Shown here piece by piece: positions 48,797 through 60,400 of a stretch of DNA of 64,000 nt. The stretch comes from Bdellovibrionales bacterium (lineage in GTDB: Bacteria > Bdellovibrionota > Bdellovibrionia > Bdellovibrionales > UBA1609). A program made the position numbers and the translations under genes. The notes beneath the pieces are model-generated. The model searched no databases. It worked only from the letters and a program-made list of their open reading frames with translations, and had not been told where the DNA came from. Location: assembly GCA_965116175.1 (NCBI GenBank), contig OZ220490.1:1283548-1347547 (forward strand), written 5' to 3'. Numbering within the stretch: position 1 is the first letter of the stretch; every line of letters begins with the position of its first letter.

Positions 48797-51700
48797 ATGC
48801 TTTCTCATCACTTAGAGTTATTTGGTATAGAGGCTATATCCAGTCTGGCTTTTCTTTTTGAAAAACAAGAGTTTCTTCAAAAAAAAAATCTGATTATTTC
48901 TACTAATAAAGATTTGGAAAAACTAAAATCTTTTTTGCAGTTTAAAAAAGTTAAATTTCCCTTTTATGATCTTCCTCCCTTTCCCAAACCAAAATCCCCT
49001 TACTCAGAGCTGGCAAGACTGAAAAGAATAAAATGGCAGTCCTGGGCAAACTCAATCAACCAGCCTGCCCTTTTTCTGGCAAGCCCGCAGGCTTTACTCA
49101 AAAAAACCAATAACCCCCTAAACAAACACATCATTAAAAAAAATGAAAGTTTTAATCAAGAGGTATTAACCGATTATGAAGAAACATCTTTTGTTGAACA
49201 AGCGGGGGAGTTTTCCTCAAGGGCTTTTTTAATAGATATATTCTCCCCTTCTTATGAAGCTCCTCTAAGAGTTCAGCTTCAGGGGGATAAAATTCAATCC
49301 ATTCATCTTTTGGATAAAGATTTCAAAAGAAGAACCAAAGAGCTGGAACAGGCCCTTGTCCCCTCCCTTTATGAATGGAGCTTTAAAGGAGAGGACAGAA
49401 AAAACCTTTGCGCTTATTTAAAAAAACAGGAGGGCTTATTGGGCAAAACTCTGCCCTCAGAACTTTTTAAAAATTTTTCCCGCGGGAAAGTTTATTTTGG
49501 ATTTGAACACCTCCTTAATTGTCTGGATAAAATTTGCTCATTGGATTTTTTTCCCGAACCGCCTAAAATATGGCTGTTTGAACCGGAAAAAACAAAGGCT
49601 GACTTTTTAGAGGAAAAATCAAAGTTGGAAATGGAACATCCCTTTTTTACGGAACAAAATCTTTTTTTGGATTGGGAGAGAATAGAAAAACAACAAAACC
49701 CCCAGCCTCAAAAAACAAAAAAAAATGCAGAAAGTGAATTGCTCTCCTTTATAACAGTCAGGGCCTCTTCCTCTAAAAGCTTTCTGACAGAAAACGCAAT
49801 AACTCCCTCTGTATTACAAAACTTCTCCTCCTCTCTTTTTAAAAAAACCAAAAGTTTAAAGGAGGATTTAAAAAAACTTCCCGTCTATAACATTGTTTTC
49901 ATAGGGATAAAAATGGAGGATTTAAAAAAACTTTTACTAAAAGAAAAAATTTTAACTTCATGGGATACAGATTTTTTTGAAGAGAAAAATCTTATTTTTT
50001 TATCAGGCCATATCAAGGAAAGCTTTTACTGCCAAAAAGACACAGCTTATTTGAAGGTTGAAGATTTTCTGCCAAACAAAAAACAAAATCTCAGCCACTT
50101 TGACTTTTTTCGGCAAAAGGCAAAGGCTTTGGAGTTTTCAAAGCTGGAAACTGGAGATTTGTTGGTTCACAGACAGCATGGAATAGGAGAGTTTGCCGGT
50201 CTGCAATCCCTTAAAATGCATGGAAAAAAAGAAGACTTTATAGTTCTTAATTATAAGGATAGAGATAAGCTCTTCGTGCCGGCCTACAAGGCTGACCAAG
50301 TTAAAAAATATTCACGAAAAAGAGCTGATCAAATCACAAAAGCCCTTTTGGATCGTTTAGGGAATCCAAAAGCTTGGGAGAGAAAAAAATCTCAAGCCAA
50401 AAAACATATTCAAAGTTTAGCTATTGAATTGATTGAACTTTACCGTTTGAGAAAACAAAAAAAACGAAAAGCCTTTGATCCAGTTCAATCAGCTATGGAT
50501 CGTTTTGCGCAAGATTTCCCCTGGAAGGAAACACCGGATCAAAAACGGGCTATTCAGGAAATTATGACTGATATGGATAGAGAACATCCTATGGATCGCC
50601 TCTTAACGGCAGATACAGGCTTTGGGAAAACAGAAGTCGCCTTAAGGGCCTGTTTTAGAGCTTTGGAAAATAATTTACAGGTGTGTTTTCTTGCTCCTAC
50701 AACTGTTTTAACATTACAGCATTTTGAAAATTTTAAACAGAGGTTTAAAAACACCCCTTTTAACCTGGAGCTTTTAAATCGTTTTGTCTCTAAAAAACAA
50801 AGAGAGAAAATCTTTAAACAGGTTAAGGAGGGAAAAATTGACTTGTTGATTGCCACTCATTCGGTTTTTAATCCTCAGCTTTCTTTTAAAAATTTAGGGC
50901 TTTTGATTTTAGATGAAGAGCATCGCTTTGGAGTCCGTCAAAAAGAAAGGCTTTTTCGTTTTAGAAAAAATCTGGATGTTTTATCCTTATCTGCCACACC
51001 TATCCCTAGAACTTTAAATATGGCTTTAACAGGCATCAAAGATATTAGTGTGATAAGCCAGCCGCCTGCAAAAAGAAAGCCTGTTAAGATGATTTTTAAA
51101 GGATGGAATGAAGGAGCTGAGCATTGTATTGTGCAGGCCTGCAAAAAGGAAAAAGCTCGCAAGGGGCAAATCCTTTTCGTGCATAACCGCATAAGAACTT
51201 TGTACCAAAGGGCGAAGCAGCTTCAAAAACTTTTGCCTGACTTTAAAATAGCCCTAGCCAAAGGGCAAATGGATAATTTAGATAAAATTATGCTGGATTT
51301 TTTTGAAAGAAAATATGATCTTTTAATTTCCACAAATATCATTGAGTCGGGAATGGATATGCCTCAAGCCAACACTTTATTTATTGACAGAGTTCATGAA
51401 ATGGGTTTAAGCCAGATCTACCAGCTTAAAGGACGGGTGGGACGCGGATCAGAACAGGCTTTTTGCTACCTGCTGTTTCCGGAAAGAGATCGCCTTTCTG
51501 TTTTAGCCAGAGAGAGACTGGAAATTTTGGAAAAGTATGCTGGTCTTGGGGAGGCTTTTCAACTGGCATTAAATGATTTGGAAAATCGCGGAGCGGGATC
51601 ACTTTTTGGATCTGAACAAAGCGGCCACCTGCAAAATCTTGGAGAGGATTTGTATTTTGAAATTTTAAATGAACAGCTAACTGATCAAAAAGAGATTTTT

Positions 51701-52123
51701 ATAGAGCCCGAAATCTTTTTGCCTTTTGCTACAGGCATCCCTGACAGCTATATAGCGGAACCCCGTTTAAGGCTTCTGTATTATAAAAGTCTTTCTTCAA
51801 CTTTGGAGAAAGAATCCCGTTTGGCCGTTAAATCCGAGCTTTTAGAAGAGTTTGGCCCCTTTCCTGAGGAGTTAAATCAGCTATTTTTCCTTTTGGAAAT
51901 AAGAGATTTTTGCAAAAAACTTCTTATACAGGATTTTAGAGCCGGAGAGCAGTCTGTATCCCTTACTTTTCATGAAAAAACTCCTGTTGCCTCTGAGAAA
52001 ATGTTAAAAATTCTTGAGTCCAAAAAAGGACAGCTCATTTCTGACTTGACCTGTAAAATTCCTGTTAAAAAGAATAACTTTATTAAAGAAGTGGAAGGGC
52101 TTTTGCAGGAGCTTGACAGTTAA
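48797..52123 (+). CDS. mfd: transcription-repair coupling factor
   Basis: 1108 aa. Contains the CarD-like HRQHGIGEF, the helicase motifs TGFGKTEVA and LILDEEHRFGV, plus TPIPRTL and LKGRVGRG. Confidence 0.93.
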   Translation: MLSHHLELFGIEAISSLAFLFEKQEFLQKKNLIISTNKDLEKLKSFLQFKKVKFPFYDLPPFPKPKSPYSELARLKRIKWQSWANSINQPALFLASPQALLKKTNNPLNKHIIKKNESFNQEVLTDYEETSFVEQAGEFSSRAFLIDIFSPSYEAPLRVQLQGDKIQSIHLLDKDFKRRTKELEQALVPSLYEWSFKGEDRKNLCAYLKKQEGLLGKTLPSELFKNFSRGKVYFGFEHLLNCLDKICSLDFFPEPPKIWLFEPEKTKADFLEEKSKLEMEHPFFTEQNLFLDWERIEKQQNPQPQKTKKNAESELLSFITVRASSSKSFLTENAITPSVLQNFSSSLFKKTKSLKEDLKKLPVYNIVFIGIKMEDLKKLLLKEKILTSWDTDFFEEKNLIFLSGHIKESFYCQKDTAYLKVEDFLPNKKQNLSHFDFFRQKAKALEFSKLETGDLLVHRQHGIGEFAGLQSLKMHGKKEDFIVLNYKDRDKLFVPAYKADQVKKYSRKRADQITKALLDRLGNPKAWERKKSQAKKHIQSLAIELIELYRLRKQKKRKAFDPVQSAMDRFAQDFPWKETPDQKRAIQEIMTDMDREHPMDRLLTADTGFGKTEVALRACFRALENNLQVCFLAPTTVLTLQHFENFKQRFKNTPFNLELLNRFVSKKQREKIFKQVKEGKIDLLIATHSVFNPQLSFKNLGLLILDEEHRFGVRQKERLFRFRKNLDVLSLSATPIPRTLNMALTGIKDISVISQPPAKRKPVKMIFKGWNEGAEHCIVQACKKEKARKGQILFVHNRIRTLYQRAKQLQKLLPDFKIALAKGQMDNLDKIMLDFFERKYDLLISTNIIESGMDMPQANTLFIDRVHEMGLSQIYQLKGRVGRGSEQAFCYLLFPERDRLSVLARERLEILEKYAGLGEAFQLALNDLENRGAGSLFGSEQSGHLQNLGEDLYFEILNEQLTDQKEIFIEPEIFLPFATGIPDSYIAEPRLRLLYYKSLSSTLEKESRLAVKSELLEEFGPFPEELNQLFFLLEIRDFCKKLLIQDFRAGEQSVSLTFHEKTPVASEKMLKILESKKGQLISDLTCKIPVKKNNFIKEVEGLLQELDS

Positions 52124-52240
52124 ATCACTTTTCGTGTGAGAGCCTAATCTATATCTCCGCATTCAGACATTATAACATAACTTTCTTTTCACCTAAGGCA
52201 AGAGCTTTAAACCCCTTTTAAAAGTGTTTATGAGACGCCT

Positions 52241-53281
52241 CTAATTGTCAGAACAAAACTTTAATACAATCTCATGCTCCAGTTTTCCCCTCCATGAAAC
52301 AGATGGACCTAAAACTGTATTGCTAAGCTGGCTTTCCTCAAAAAAGTTAACTTCAGCGCCAAGCACAGCCGGGCCTTTCAATGTCAAATTTTCCAACCCG
52401 TTAACACTTTTGGGAGCTAAAAGAGGATAACCAAGTTTTTTGCTCTGAGCTTGACCGTTTCCCAAACCCACTGTTTTATCTTCTGGATCAAAGCGATTAA
52501 AATATTCCAAGAGGAGTTTTTTTAATTTCCCTTGACCCTTGTTAGAAAGAGCATTGAGACAAAACTTTGTAGCTGAAAGATAAGCCGGTATTTCCCCCCC
52601 TTCCAAAATCTGGGCTTTTTCATCCACAAAAACTTTAAAGTTGTTTTTCACAAGAAGAGGATTTACAAAATCATCAAACAAGTGAACAGAATTGTAATTC
52701 AGTGTTTCAAGAAGCTCGCTTTTAAACAAAGCTAAACCGCTGAAATGAAAAGGCTGAAGGCTTCTATGCTCTGCCGATAGACTTCTTTTGGCGCCAATAA
52801 ATTTCAAATTCAGATCTTTATCACACCATAAGGCTCCCCTTTTAAAGTTTTTATCAGGTACCGGAGATACAAAAAAAGAGCCGTCAGCCTGCGTTTTAAA
52901 AAAGTCCTTTTCAAAAAAAGAGAGCTGATCCTTTTTGGAGGGAAAAAACAAGCTGTCTCCATTGATGTAAAAAAATACTTTTTCCTTCTGTAATAATTTT
53001 TTTAATTTATATAAGGCGCCTGCGCCACCTAAACATTCAGCTTCAGGAAGTATGTCTACTTTTTGATGAGCTTGTGATATAAATTGGACAGTTCTTCCTA
53101 ACTTTTTAGGAAAAAGATGGGCATTCAATAAAAAATGGGAGACAGCCAGCTGCTCCATGTAAAACCAAGATAAAGAAAGCAAAGGCAGATTTAAAAAAGG
53201 CATACTGGCTTTAGGCAAAGCATGGCTGTAAGGTCTAAGTCTTGTAGCCTTGCCACTGCAAAGTATAAGAGCCTGTTTCAT
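52241..53281 (-). CDS. sugar-phosphate nucleotidyltransferase family protein
   Basis: The N-terminal LILCSGKATRLRPYSHALPKASMPF matches the GxGTRLxPLT-type signature. 346 aa. Confidence 0.7.
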   Translation of the reverse strand: MKQALILCSGKATRLRPYSHALPKASMPFLNLPLLSLSWFYMEQLAVSHFLLNAHLFPKKLGRTVQFISQAHQKVDILPEAECLGGAGALYKLKKLLQKEKVFFYINGDSLFFPSKKDQLSFFEKDFFKTQADGSFFVSPVPDKNFKRGALWCDKDLNLKFIGAKRSLSAEHRSLQPFHFSGLALFKSELLETLNYNSVHLFDDFVNPLLVKNNFKVFVDEKAQILEGGEIPAYLSATKFCLNALSNKGQGKLKKLLLEYFNRFDPEDKTVGLGNGQAQSKKLGYPLLAPKSVNGLENLTLKGPAVLGAEVNFFEESQLSNTVLGPSVSWRGKLEHEIVLKFCSDN

Positions 53282-53666
53282 GTCTTCTTATTATCCCTTT
53301 CTATCATAGATATTATTACTTTTTAGTTTAGAAACCTAATTGACTGTATCAGGGAATTGATTTTTTCTCAAATCCGATTTTTTTATGCATTGATAAAAAG
53401 ACCTATCAAAAGATAAATATTTAGACTGTTTTATAACTCCCTTAAGTTCTCTTGAAATAAAAAACAAAGATTCTGCCTCCTATTTTAACCAGAGAGTTTA
53501 AATTTTAGATAAGATTCATTATATAAAGTAGCACTTTATCTGATTTGAAAATTATAGAAAAAAGATTTTCCCAAAATGTTTTTACAGCAACCCTATTAAA
53601 TCATTATTTATTGACTTTTTGAGTAATAAGCAAGAAAATATTTGTTTTAAAAATCAGGAATGAAAC

Positions 53667-55751
53667 ATGAAAAAAGGGTTATTTAAAAATTCTGCTCCTC
53701 CAAAGGCTGAAAAGCAGCATCTTATTCATAATAAATTTGAGGACAAAAGATTAGATCCTTACTATTGGTTAAGGAACAGGGATGCTCCTGAAGTGTTAAG
53801 TTACCTTAAGGAGGAAAATACATATACTGATAGCAAGCTCAAGCCTCTTGAAGATTTAAAAACCAAGATTTTTGAAGAGATGAAAAATCGCCTTCCTGAA
53901 AGGGAAGATCAGGAGCCTGTTTCCATGGAAGAATATTTGTATTATAGAACATGGGAAAAACAAAAACAGTATCCCATCCATAAAAGAAAAAAGAAATCAA
54001 ACAATAAGGAAGAAACCATTTTAGATGAGAACATTATTAAAACAAAAAGTGGTTATGCGGATATAGCTAACCCCACTGTTTCCCCTAACCATAAAATTTT
54101 GGCTTATGCTTTAGATGATCAGGGAAGAGAGTTTTATGATATATACTTTAAAAACTTACAGACGGGTCAACTGTTAAATCATTCTATTTCAAAAGTCACT
54201 TCTGATTTTGTATGGGCCAATGATAATAAAACTGTGTTTTATACACAACAGGATAAAGAAACTTTAAGGTCTTTTCAGGCTTATCGCTTCAATATAGAAA
54301 CAGGAAAAAAAGAGCTTGTTTTTGAAGAAAAAGATTTAAAATTTTCTATTGTTTTAAACAAAACTCTCTGTAAAAGCTGGATTACTATTTTATGTTTTAG
54401 CAGTCAAACCACAGAGTATCACTATTTACCCGCCAATCAGCCTGAAAAGGATTTTGTTTTATTTTGTAAAAGAAAGCAGGGCCATGAATACCATCTGAAT
54501 TATGGAGATGGATTCTTTTATATCCTAAGCAATAAAGATCAGGCTTTTAATTTTAAATTGATGAAAATTCATTTTAATAAAAAACAAAATAACGAGGAAG
54601 CTTACCCCCAATCCTCATGGATGGAGTTTATACCCCACAAACCGGATGTTTTTATTGAAAACTATGAAGTGTTTAAGGATTTTATTGCTTTGCAAACCCG
54701 ATTTGAAGGACGGCAAAAAATAGAAATTTTTGATAAAACAAAGCCAGATTTATACAGTGTGGATTTTCCCGAAGAGGTTTATTCCGTTAAATTAGATGAT
54801 AATGAAGAGTATGAAAGTCCTTTTGTCCGGCTAAAGTTCCAATCTCTCAACCAACCGGAAATCGTTTTTGATTATTCAGTTTCTCAAAGAAAACTGCATT
54901 TCAAAAGCCAAATACAGGTAAAAAGCGGCTTTGATTCCAAAAACTATATCTCTAAAGCAGAATATGCCTTAGCTGAAGACGGTTCTAAAGTGCCTATCTC
55001 TTTAGTTTATAAAAAAGACATTAAACTTGATTCATCCACTCCTCTTCTTCTTTATGCCTATGGCTCTTATGGTTATAGTACAGAACCCATGTTTAGCAGT
55101 ATTCGTTTATCCCTTTTAGACAGAGGCTTTGTATACGCTATTGCCCATATCCGGGGAGGAAGTGAAAAAGGCAGAAAATGGTATGAGAATGGGAAGCTTT
55201 TAAAAAAGAAAAATACTTTTTCCGATTTTATCTCCTGTGCAGAATATCTGATTGATAAATCCTACACTTCAACATCTCATCTTTATATTATGGGAGGGAG
55301 CGCCGGTGGACTTCTTATGGGGGCTGTATTGAACGAAAGGCCGGATCTTTTTCGTGCCGTTGTTACTTCCGTCCCTTTTGTTGACTGTTTAACAACTATG
55401 CTGGATAAAAGCATCCCTCTTTCAACAGGAGAATATGAAGAATGGGGAAATCCCAATGATAAAAAATATTATGATTATATGAAATCCTATTCCCCTTACG
55501 ATAATGTGAAAAAAACAAACTATCCTCATATTCTTATTCAAACTGGCTATCATGACCCCAGAGTTCAATATTGGGAACCAGCTAAATGGACAGCTAAAAT
55601 TAGAGATAATAAAACAGATGACAATCTTCTTTTATTATTAACAAATATGGAAAGTGGCCACTTTGGCGCCACGGGCAGACTAGAGAGGTTAAAACTGTAT
55701 TCTTTATATTATTCTTTTTTAATTGGTATAGAGCAATCTTTGATCAGTTAG
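53667..55751 (+). CDS. ptrB: oligopeptidase B / prolyl oligopeptidase family S9A
   Basis: 694 aa. N-terminal DPYYWLRNRD and a beta-propeller region. Catalytic serine context GGSAGGLLMG, then DPRVQYWEPAKW and a His context SGHFG. Confidence 0.9.
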   Translation: MKKGLFKNSAPPKAEKQHLIHNKFEDKRLDPYYWLRNRDAPEVLSYLKEENTYTDSKLKPLEDLKTKIFEEMKNRLPEREDQEPVSMEEYLYYRTWEKQKQYPIHKRKKKSNNKEETILDENIIKTKSGYADIANPTVSPNHKILAYALDDQGREFYDIYFKNLQTGQLLNHSISKVTSDFVWANDNKTVFYTQQDKETLRSFQAYRFNIETGKKELVFEEKDLKFSIVLNKTLCKSWITILCFSSQTTEYHYLPANQPEKDFVLFCKRKQGHEYHLNYGDGFFYILSNKDQAFNFKLMKIHFNKKQNNEEAYPQSSWMEFIPHKPDVFIENYEVFKDFIALQTRFEGRQKIEIFDKTKPDLYSVDFPEEVYSVKLDDNEEYESPFVRLKFQSLNQPEIVFDYSVSQRKLHFKSQIQVKSGFDSKNYISKAEYALAEDGSKVPISLVYKKDIKLDSSTPLLLYAYGSYGYSTEPMFSSIRLSLLDRGFVYAIAHIRGGSEKGRKWYENGKLLKKKNTFSDFISCAEYLIDKSYTSTSHLYIMGGSAGGLLMGAVLNERPDLFRAVVTSVPFVDCLTTMLDKSIPLSTGEYEEWGNPNDKKYYDYMKSYSPYDNVKKTNYPHILIQTGYHDPRVQYWEPAKWTAKIRDNKTDDNLLLLLTNMESGHFGATGRLERLKLYSLYYSFLIGIEQSLIS

Positions 55752-55767
55752 CTATACTGAATTCTTT

Positions 55768-56658
55768 TTAAAATCTAAAAGATACCCAAGCAGAAAAAGT
55801 TGGAAAAATCCATCCCTTGTTCCATAGAAATTCTTTAAAATCCTGTTTTTGTTCTGCAGAGAGAAGTTCAGTATCTAATGCTTCTTTATCTAAAATATGC
55901 GCGCCTAAAATTTTAATTAGTCCCAGTTCAATATTTAATTTTACTCTTTCAAAGGGTATTTGATAACCGATGTGTATTGTAGTATTATAGGCATTTGTTT
56001 TAACAGAATATCCTTTTGATTTTTCAATGGGGTTATTTGTAATAATTTCACTTAAATCAGATCCTTTAAGTTTTCCATTTCCAAAAAACATGCCGGACAA
56101 TCCCAATTCCAAATAGGGGCCTCCTCCATCAATCGATTCCTTCATATAAGGCGCCCAGGCCAGGCGAAGATCAATATACATGGAGTTTTCAAAAGTTTTG
56201 GAAATTAAATTTGCTTCTTCTTCATTCAAATAGCCAAAAGAGGGAGACAGGCTTTTAAAGGAATCTAAAAAAAGACCAGGCATAAAACTCAGACCAACAC
56301 GGGAATAAATACTTTTAGTAATAAGATACCTGAAATGTATCCCAAAATTAATAGGATATTCTAAACCAAATTCCAAAAAACGGTAAGTATTTGGAAAATC
56401 TATTGCAGATTGTTTTTCCCAAAAAGAGTTAATTTCGCGACTTTCTTTATCCGTTTCTATTTGAGATAGAGCCTTTGTTCCCCCATTATTATTTTCCCCA
56501 TTTGAAGAGGAAGGGGGTTGTTTTTCCTGTGAACTGGCTTGCCGCTGACTCACAGTATTTGTATCTTCTGATTTTGTAACAGAAAGTAAAGTGTCCGGCT
56601 CAGCATATACTGAAGAACAGAAACCCACAAAAACAAACAAAAATAATTTTTTATTCAT
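55768..56658 (-). CDS. hypothetical outer-membrane beta-barrel protein
   Basis: The signal peptide after the ATG at 56658 is MNKKLFLFVFVGFCSSVYA. A Ser/Asn/Gln-rich linker follows, then alternating beta-strand patterns ending in a C-terminal Phe (WVSFRF). Confidence 0.55.
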   Translation of the reverse strand: MNKKLFLFVFVGFCSSVYAEPDTLLSVTKSEDTNTVSQRQASSQEKQPPSSSNGENNNGGTKALSQIETDKESREINSFWEKQSAIDFPNTYRFLEFGLEYPINFGIHFRYLITKSIYSRVGLSFMPGLFLDSFKSLSPSFGYLNEEEANLISKTFENSMYIDLRLAWAPYMKESIDGGGPYLELGLSGMFFGNGKLKGSDLSEIITNNPIEKSKGYSVKTNAYNTTIHIGYQIPFERVKLNIELGLIKILGAHILDKEALDTELLSAEQKQDFKEFLWNKGWIFPTFSAWVSFRF

Positions 56659-56793
56659 AAGCAAAAAATCTAAATAATTCAAAGTAGCTTTATTAACAAA
56701 TAATAGGAGCTTTTACAAGCCATAAAAAGGTAAATTTTTCTCTTTTTTGGTGGCAAAATAGCTTTAAAACAGGGTTTTATTTAAAACTTAGTT

Positions 56794-57327
56794 TTGAAAA
56801 ATAATGATATTTTCTTTAAAAAATCGTGTTTTTCAAAAAAACCACATATCTCAGCACTTAAAATTTCAGACAGAACATACACAGAAATTGGTTACCTGTG
56901 GAGTGAGGAATTAATAAATATCATTAACATGGAACAAGATAGATGGAAAAAAAAGTATGGAATCAATTTTATCATAGAACCAGGTTTTGATATTTCAAAC
57001 AGTGCTGGATTTTTAATTTCTTCTGTTACAGACTTATTTGAAAGAAAAGGCAAACATATTGCAGTTCTTGATACATCTGTTAATCATTCTCCTAATATTT
57101 TCTCCTTCCGAAGAACACCTGAAATTATAAATCACGGAGAAAATAATCTTTACTCCTATATTCTAGCTGGAGCAAGCTGTCTTGCTGGAGATGTCTTTGG
57201 AGAATATTCTTTTAATAACAAGCTTTCACTAGGAGATAAAGTGGTTTTTAAAAATATAGGAGCTTATTCTTTTGTTAAAGCTAATAAATTTAATGGCCTT
57301 GAAATTCCTATAGTTTACATGAGATAA
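56794..57327 (+). pseudogene. nspC: C-terminal fragment of a carboxynorspermidine decarboxylase-like gene
   Basis: IIEPGFDISNSAGFLISSVTDL...IAVLDTSVNH...ILAGASCLAGDVFGEYSF...GDKVVFKNIGAYSFVKANKFNGL matches the C-terminal half of NspC (EPG..., LGG.TCLAGD). The N-terminal PLP-binding barrel is absent. Confidence 0.6.
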
Positions 57328-57457
57328 GAACTCTCTAAAATAAATTGAATATTTCTTAGAGAGTGCAGGTACTGCAATTTGTTTGAAAAAATTTCTGAAC
57401 TAAAATTTGTATGAAATATTTTATTCGCAAAATACAGAATTTTCATAAGATCATACT

Positions 57458-60400
57458 TTACCAACCATTTTTAAATAGAGAAAAAAGTTTTTTTCCATCT
57501 TCAATAACAAGCACAGCACAAGGGACCCAAACCAAAGTTAATAAAGTGGCTGTGACCAACCCCCAAAAAAGAGCCAGTGTCATAGGCATAAGCAGAGGTT
57601 CAAAACCAGCAATCCCATAAGCTGTAGGTAACAGTCCGCCCAATGTTGTTAAATTGGTAATCATTATAGGGCGAAAACGCAGTTTAGAGGATTGAACTAC
57701 AATGTCCTGTAAAGATTTGTGTGGGTTTTCTTTCTTTGAATTTAAAATAAAGCTTATAAGAATAATAGCTGAATTAACCACAACACCCGCTAAACCCACA
57801 ACTCCAACAAAAGCAAAAAAATCTAAAGCCCTTTGATGCAAAAAGAAAGCCCAAACCACACCAATAAGCCCCAAAGGGATACAACTCAAAATAAGAAAAG
57901 AAAGCAGGAAGCTTTTAAACAAAAAAATCAGAATAATAAAAATGGCAAAAAGAGCAATAAAGAAAGCATTGAAAAGAGAACGTAGAGCCTCATCCGTTGT
58001 CTCCTTCTCCCCTATCATCTTAAAAGTTAAAGAGGGGTGGTGTTTAATTTTTTCCTCAATAATTTTTTTAGCTTTTATATTGAGCTCAAGACTTGTTGTC
58101 TCTTTAGGATTGATGCCTGCCTCTAAAAAAACAACAGGCTCAAAGTTATATTTTTTTTTGTCCGGTTCGGTTTGAATCTCCTGTATTTCAGCCACTTCAC
58201 TTAAAGGGATCAGTCTTCCAAAAAGTTCTTTAATTTTTATCTTTTTTATATTATCCAGAGAAGAAATATAATCTTCATCATGTTTGACTCGTATAAAAAA
58301 AGATTCATTGTTTTCTATCAGCTCTGTTATGATCTGACCTTCAAGGGCTGTTCTTAAGGTCATGCCTACAGCCTGATAGTTTAAACCCAATCGGGCCAAA
58401 GTTTCAGGATCAATATAGACTTTATACTCCCTTCCTGTTTCCCGATCTGGATGGATTTTTAAATTGACAAGCCCATGAATTTTTTCTATCTCAGGAAAAA
58501 TTTCATCAATAAATTTTCTGATTTGTTTTCTATTCCCGGATTGGATGGCTACCTTAAGAGATTCCCCCACTGGGGGCCCTCCAGTCAATGTGTTGAACTT
58601 AAGAGTTTTTAAATCCCCTTTATCTGTTTTTCTTAATTCATTGAGAATATTTTTGTATTTGAGTTTTCTCAAAATAGAAGGTTTTACCCTAAGAAGAATT
58701 CGTCCCTCCCGATGATTAATCTGGACAGACATCCATGCAATCGCTTTGTCCCCTCCAAAAACAGATCGCATCCTGCTTGCAACTTGTTTTGTCTTTTCAT
58801 CAGTAACAGAAAGAGGGGCATTGGCTTTTGGCTCAATAAAAGCTGTATAAAACTCCGGACTTTTTGGAACAAAAAGATCAACTCGGCTTTTAATGAAAAA
58901 AACAAGCGCCGTTAAAACAATCAAAAGAGTAATAAAACCAAGACTGATATACTTTCTGGCAACAGTCTTTTTTATAAATCGTTCAAACATATCTTCAATT
59001 TGAGAGATTAAATTAAGAAGAACAAATTGATGCCGTCCTGGTTTTTTAGGAGACAGCCATTGGAGTCTATTGGGGAGGAGATAAAAAGATTCAAACAAAC
59101 TTATCAACAGCGCTGTTGTGACAACAATAGGTATCCATTTGACAAATTGACCCATAACTCCTGTTGTTACAAGCATGGGGAGAAAAGCTGCTATGGTTGT
59201 AAAAACTGTAGCTGTTATTGGCTTTGCAAACTGCTGAACAGACTGAAAAGCAGCAGACTGAGGGGATATCTCCTTTTCTGTAATAAGCCGTGAATAATAC
59301 TCCGCAATGACAACAGAATTATCAATAAGCATTCCAATACAAATCACAAAAGCGAGCATTGTAATTGCATTAAAACTGACATCCAAAAAGGGGAGCAGAG
59401 CAAATGTCCCTAAAACAGATAAAGGGAGGCTGAAACTAACCATAAATCCCACACGAAAGGGAAGGAATAGAAAAAACACAATAAAAACAAGAAACAGTCC
59501 GGTTAAGGCATTATTGATTACAACAGCAAGCCGGTTCTTTGTATTTTTTCCTTCATCAAACCCAACAAGAGCTTTGTATTCTTTATTTAAGTTTCGGTTA
59601 AATTTTTCAACAGCCTCTTTAACATTTTCAATCAGTGTAATTGTATCTGCTTTTACTGTTTTCATTATGGAAAGAGAGGTAACAGGACTTAAGCTATAAG
59701 ATTTTTCTTTTTTAGATTTATAAAAATACTCTTTCTCTGTTTCTTTTTCATGCCCGTCTATAACCTTGGCAATATCCTTTAAAAAAATCTTTCTTCCGGA
59801 AAAATTGGATCGGATAATTGTGTTTTCTAAGTCTTTTACAGTTCGTGGTTTACTGGGTACACGAACAAGTTTTCTAGTTATATTTGATTCCAGATAACCA
59901 GCAGGGGTGTCCATTTTTCTCTGTTCTAAAGCTGAAAGCACATCAATTGAAGAAATATAATGCCTTTCCATCTTTTCCTGAGAAAGAAGAACAACCAATT
60001 CCCGTTTTTTATAGTTGCTTAACACAATGTCAGAAACACCGGGAATTTTTTCCAGCCTCGTCTTTAAATCCCAACTGATCTTATCTCTCTGTCTGTTATT
60101 GTCAGGTCCGGAAATCATTAGGTTAATGACTGGCTTTTCATTGTTGGATTCAATATGGACAAGTTTTGGAGGATCCAAAATTTCAGGAGGCAGTCCCTGA
60201 ACATTTTGAAGAGTCTGATGCATTTTATTGACAACTTTTGTTGTATCGGCATTATCTATATCAATCCGTATACTAATAAGGCTTAAACCCGGCTGTGATA
60301 TGGAATGGACATCCTTTAAATGATCAACAGACCGAATCTCATCCTCAATTTTTGCTGTAACAAGCTCCTCCACTTCTGCAGAGGAGGATCCGGGATAAAC

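Noticed and set aside
59027-60200. Plus-strand ORFs of 61-130 aa antisense to the RND pump gene, with similar antisense ORFs inside lon, mfd, gcvP, clpP and the substrate-binding protein gene
   Set aside because: They lie entirely within strongly supported genes on the other strand and have low-complexity, unbiased sequences with no RBS. They are typical shadow ORFs of AT-rich coding DNA.
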